From Moraxella sp. (GTDB lineage Bacteria > Pseudomonadota > Gammaproteobacteria > Pseudomonadales > Moraxellaceae), in assembly GCA_041781275.1 (NCBI GenBank), contig JBHAZZ010000020.1:1-61775 (forward strand): a DNA stretch of 61,775 nt, read 5' to 3'. Position 1 is the first letter of the stretch, and each line of letters starts with the position of its first letter. The position numbers and the translations under genes were made by a program. Below the pieces are notes generated by a model. That model saw only the letters and a list, made by a program, of their open reading frames with translations. It made no database searches and was not told the origin of the DNA. Shown here piece after piece: positions 57,946-61,775 of the stretch.

Positions 57946-58079
57946 AACTACCCTTAATTTGTTGGCAAAATATGATTAGTTTAGCGGATTTTTTATGCTT
58001 TCTCCAGTGATAGCCTTTAAAATTTTCTTGAAAATGGTAAAATGAGCAAAATTATTAATCACATATAAGGGCAAGGTTT

Positions 58080-60569
58080 GTGAAAGACAACAACATTTCT
58101 TCTTTACAGCACGGACACACACTCCTAAGTACAAGCATTCGCTTGGCATTATGCGGACTGGGGACGTTACCACTGTTAAGTTTTGCAAGCGACTTAGCCC
58201 AAAGCCAAAGCTTAGACAAGCTCACGCAATATTATCATGCCAAACCCAGTGTTGATGCTCGCTGTCATGGGGCATGGGTACAGCCCACCCGTCAAGGCGG
58301 TCTTGCTCAAGAAATGGGCTACGACACACCCGTGCCTGACGCTTATTATGCGCAAGCCGATTATGGCTACTGGGACAACAAAGACTATGCCGAACTGTCA
58401 GGCAACGTCATTTTAGAACAAAACGGACAACAAGTGGTTGCCGAAAAAGTAACCTTTCACCCCAGCACAGGGGAAGCCTACGCCGAAGGTCAAATTTTGT
58501 TTAGTGATGGAGAAAACCAAAGCACCGACGGCAAAAATCTTGGCGTTGGTATGATTGGCGTTGCCCAAAAACTAGAATACAAAGCGCAAGGACTGCAAGC
58601 CAATGCTCACGATGTGGCTTTTGCCAGTACCAGCACAGGCATTCACGGGCACGCCAAGCAGCTACAAAAACATAATGACAGCCATTACCAAATGCAAGGG
58701 GTGATGTTTAGCACTTGTCCACCCACACAGCGCAAATGGCATCTGGACGCTGACAGCATTGACTTAAACACCGATACAGGGCGTGGTATCGCCAAAAACA
58801 GCACCCTAAAAATCGGCGATGTGCCTGTGTTTTATTTGCCCTATTTTAATTTCCCCATTGATGACAGACGTTCTAGCGGTTTTTTATTGCCCACCGCAGG
58901 CATTAGCGATGGCTTAGAAGTCAGTACGCCCTACTATCTTAACCTACACCCCCAATACGATGCCACCATTACTCCCACGGTATTTACCAACCGCAATCCC
59001 ATGCTGACGGGTGAATTTCGTTATCTGACCGAAAGCTTTGGCAACGGCGTGATCACAGGTTCTTTTTTGCCAAGCGATCGCAAATACAACCACGAAGATC
59101 GCAGCCGTTTGTTTTTTGACCATAACTGGCAATCCAAAAAAATCCCCCATTTGAACGCCTATGCCACCTACCGATACGTTTCTGACAAAGATTATCTGAA
59201 TGATTTTGACACATTAGGCTTAGAAAACAACCCCCTAAATTTACCCAGACGTATCGGGGCAAGCTACTATAATGACTACATTACTGCCGATGTACGGGCG
59301 GAAACTTTTCAAACACTGGACGGCACCAACAACGACGGCACGCCCATCACCGACAAAGACAGACCTTACTCTCGTCTGCCCCATTTTAACGCTCGCTATA
59401 CTCTGCCACACTCCATCTTACCAAGCAGCTGGCAGCAGCGTATGCAAAACATTGATATTACTGGCATTAATAACTCCGCCTATTTCAAAAAGCGTATCAG
59501 GGACAATTCCGAAACCGAAAAAAGCGGCGTGCGTATGTACAACCAAATTTCTGCCAGTTATTCATGGTTGAAACCTTGGGGTTATGTCATTCCCAAAGTC
59601 AGTTTGTCGCACCTTTATGCGTCCTATGACGAAGACAGTTTGGCAGGTCAAAACTTAACCAAAGAAGAAGGCACTTATTCGGTCTTTGCGCCCACCATCA
59701 GTTTGGATACTGGGCTGTTTTTTGAAAAATCGGGATCGCCTTTTGGGCTTTATAAAGATTTGGGCGGTTATCAGGTGATCAGCCCCCGCCTAAAATACAC
59801 TTACACCCCCTATCGTGATCAGTCCAACATTCCCAATTTTGATACGGGTATCAGTGATGTCAGTTATCACCAGCTGCTTTCGGACAGTTGGTTTTTGGGG
59901 TATGACCGCATTCAAGACTTACACGCCATCACCCCTGCCATCAATTACCGCTATATGGACAAAGCAGGGCTGACCCGTTTTGATATGTCGCTTGCCGAAC
60001 AAATTTTGTTGGCGGACACCAAAGTTGGCATTGATAACAGCCAAACCTTTACAGGGCGCAGTCTTGGCATGGCTTGGCAAGCCAGTCTACAACCCAAGCA
60101 TAATTTTTGGGTGGACATGACAGGGGCAATGACCGCCGATTATGATCTCAACTCCATCACCGCTCATTTGCGTTATCAGCCCAATGAACAAAGTTTATTT
60201 AACCTTGGCGTGGTTGAACGCAAAGACCACCCAGCCACCGCACAACGGGCTTTGTCAGCTTATACCGCTTCTGCCATTTTCCCCATCAATAGCCATTGGC
60301 GGATACTGTCGCAAGCACAATATGATTACAAAAACGATTTGTTGTTAGATGCGCTACTGGGTGTCAATTATGAAGACTGCTGTTATGGCGTTTCTGTGTA
60401 TGCCAGACGCTACCATAATGACTTAACCCCAAGCGCTGGCGCAAGTAACGCCATCATGGCAGAAATTCGCCTAAATGGGCTTAATGGCGGTGGCAAACTC
60501 AATCGTCTCATGAGCGACAAAGTCATGGGCTACGACCACGCCCAAAACGCTTGGCAAAGAAACTACTAA
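58080..60569 (+). CDS. lptD: LPS/LOS assembly protein LptD
   Basis: FSTCPP, PVFYLPY, RSSGFLLP, YEDCCY; amgK-lptD-surA synteny. Confidence 0.93.
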   Translation: MKDNNISSLQHGHTLLSTSIRLALCGLGTLPLLSFASDLAQSQSLDKLTQYYHAKPSVDARCHGAWVQPTRQGGLAQEMGYDTPVPDAYYAQADYGYWDNKDYAELSGNVILEQNGQQVVAEKVTFHPSTGEAYAEGQILFSDGENQSTDGKNLGVGMIGVAQKLEYKAQGLQANAHDVAFASTSTGIHGHAKQLQKHNDSHYQMQGVMFSTCPPTQRKWHLDADSIDLNTDTGRGIAKNSTLKIGDVPVFYLPYFNFPIDDRRSSGFLLPTAGISDGLEVSTPYYLNLHPQYDATITPTVFTNRNPMLTGEFRYLTESFGNGVITGSFLPSDRKYNHEDRSRLFFDHNWQSKKIPHLNAYATYRYVSDKDYLNDFDTLGLENNPLNLPRRIGASYYNDYITADVRAETFQTLDGTNNDGTPITDKDRPYSRLPHFNARYTLPHSILPSSWQQRMQNIDITGINNSAYFKKRIRDNSETEKSGVRMYNQISASYSWLKPWGYVIPKVSLSHLYASYDEDSLAGQNLTKEEGTYSVFAPTISLDTGLFFEKSGSPFGLYKDLGGYQVISPRLKYTYTPYRDQSNIPNFDTGISDVSYHQLLSDSWFLGYDRIQDLHAITPAINYRYMDKAGLTRFDMSLAEQILLADTKVGIDNSQTFTGRSLGMAWQASLQPKHNFWVDMTGAMTADYDLNSITAHLRYQPNEQSLFNLGVVERKDHPATAQRALSAYTASAIFPINSHWRILSQAQYDYKNDLLLDALLGVNYEDCCYGVSVYARRYHNDLTPSAGASNAIMAEIRLNGLNGGGKLNRLMSDKVMGYDHAQNAWQRNY

Positions 60570-60643
60570 TAAGCTGGCAAAAAATCATTAGACGACAGTC
60601 ATGACTTAATGCTACACTAATACAAATTTTTTAGGAAAATTCT

Positions 60644-61642
60644 ATGAAAAACAAATTTTTAGTCTTATGTTTGTCCATGCTGTGTTTGGGTTTTACTAGC
60701 AATGTTTTGGCACAAGACACACAAAACAACACTCGCCCAGCCCAAACCACAGACGGCATTTTGGCAGAAGTCAATAACGAAATCATCTTAAAAAGCGAGC
60801 TATCAGCTGCCATTGCCACGCTCACCCAACAATACCAAGCACAAAACCGCTCAGTCAGCGCCGAACAACTCAAAAAACAAGCCCTAGACGAACTCATCAC
60901 CCGCAAATTACAGCTTGGTATCATCAAACGTTCAGGCTTCAATCCCAACGAATCGGCGGTCAATGCCCAACTGTTACAGCTTGCCAAAGCACAAGGGTTT
61001 GATAATTTGCAAGATTTTCAGCAAAGTTTGGACACCAAAAAATCAGGCAGCTATGCCGCACTTCGCAAACAAGTCATCGAAGAAGCGTCTTTGGTGGCTT
61101 TGTGGCAAGCCCAAGTCGCCCCCCGCATCAAAATCACTTCTCACGAAATAGACGCTTTTTTAAATTCACCAGACGGACAGCGTATTGACAGCAAAGTTGT
61201 GTTAGTTCCCGAATGGCAAACCAGTCATATTCTAGCCAGCATTGACAACAACCGCAATGACATCATGGCACAACAAAAAATCAATGCCATTTATACCCAA
61301 TTACAACAAGGGGCGGATTTTAAAAGCCTTGCCGCCACTTATTCGGACGATTTGGGCTCTGCCAGTCAAAATGGCTCTTTGGGCTGGGTCAGCGAAGGTC
61401 AAATGGTCAAAGAATTTGAAGACGTGATGAAAAACACCGAAGCGGGAGATTATTCTGTGCCTTTTCGTTCACAGTTTGGTTGGCACATCCTAAAAGTAGA
61501 TGACACCCGACAGCGTGATGTTACCCATCAGCAGCGCCAACGTCTTGCCAGAGAAATACTCTTTAATCGTATGGCGCCCCAAGCCGAAGAAGATTGGGTA
61601 CAAGAATTACGAGCAGGTGCGTACATCAAAATCTTTGAATGA
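60644..61642 (+). CDS. surA: Periplasmic chaperone/PPIase SurA
   Basis: Signal peptide, SurA N-domain, parvulin SHIL...GSLGW...SQFGWHILKV. Confidence 0.9.
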   Translation: MKNKFLVLCLSMLCLGFTSNVLAQDTQNNTRPAQTTDGILAEVNNEIILKSELSAAIATLTQQYQAQNRSVSAEQLKKQALDELITRKLQLGIIKRSGFNPNESAVNAQLLQLAKAQGFDNLQDFQQSLDTKKSGSYAALRKQVIEEASLVALWQAQVAPRIKITSHEIDAFLNSPDGQRIDSKVVLVPEWQTSHILASIDNNRNDIMAQQKINAIYTQLQQGADFKSLAATYSDDLGSASQNGSLGWVSEGQMVKEFEDVMKNTEAGDYSVPFRSQFGWHILKVDDTRQRDVTHQQRQRLAREILFNRMAPQAEEDWVQELRAGAYIKIFE

Positions 61643-61655
61643 TTTTTTTCATTTT

Positions 61656-61685
61656 AAAAAGGGCTTTTGAGAAAGTCCTTTTTTT
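61656..61685 (+). terminator. Terminator after surA
   Basis: aaaaagggcttt-tgag-aaagtcctt followed by T tract. Confidence 0.75.
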
Positions 61686-61775
61686 ATTGTCATACAAAAA
61701 AATAACATGACTTAACTTAAATACAACACCAATAATATCCATAATTACATTTAACAAAAAAAGCAATTTGAATTC

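Overview
Chromosomal window from a Moraxellaceae bacterium, most likely Moraxella (inferred from gene content such as a CopB/FrpB-like receptor). A ~38 kb HK97/lambda-like siphovirus prophage (about 6487-44677) is integrated in the 3' end of hpt. Host genes flank it: ilvD, tfoX-like, hscC, J-protein and L,D-transpeptidase on the left; hpt, ttcA, rlmL, mscS, leuA/lrp, TonB receptor, rpiA, ffs, murU, amgK, lptD and surA on the right. The most notable signal is two cas-less type I-F CRISPR mini-arrays inside the prophage, each with a different repeat, its own promoter and a terminator. Array A (27333-27601) has 5 repeats and 4 spacers and lies in an ant/arc/vapBC cassette in the head-tail region. 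Array B (34404-34551) has 3 repeats and 2 spacers and is wedged between terS and terL. Array B spacer 2 encodes a terminase peptide homologous to the prophage's own terL 0.4 kb away (22/32 nt identical, CC PAM intact, differences largely synonymous). This suggests a guide against sibling phages, parked beside a recoded self-immune allele, in a homing-like arrangement. The prophage also has three toxin-antitoxin pairs, a HEPN-motif gene in the immunity region, a structured late-leader RNA candidate, and frameshifted HNH and Rha genes. All calls are by eye; no database searches were run.
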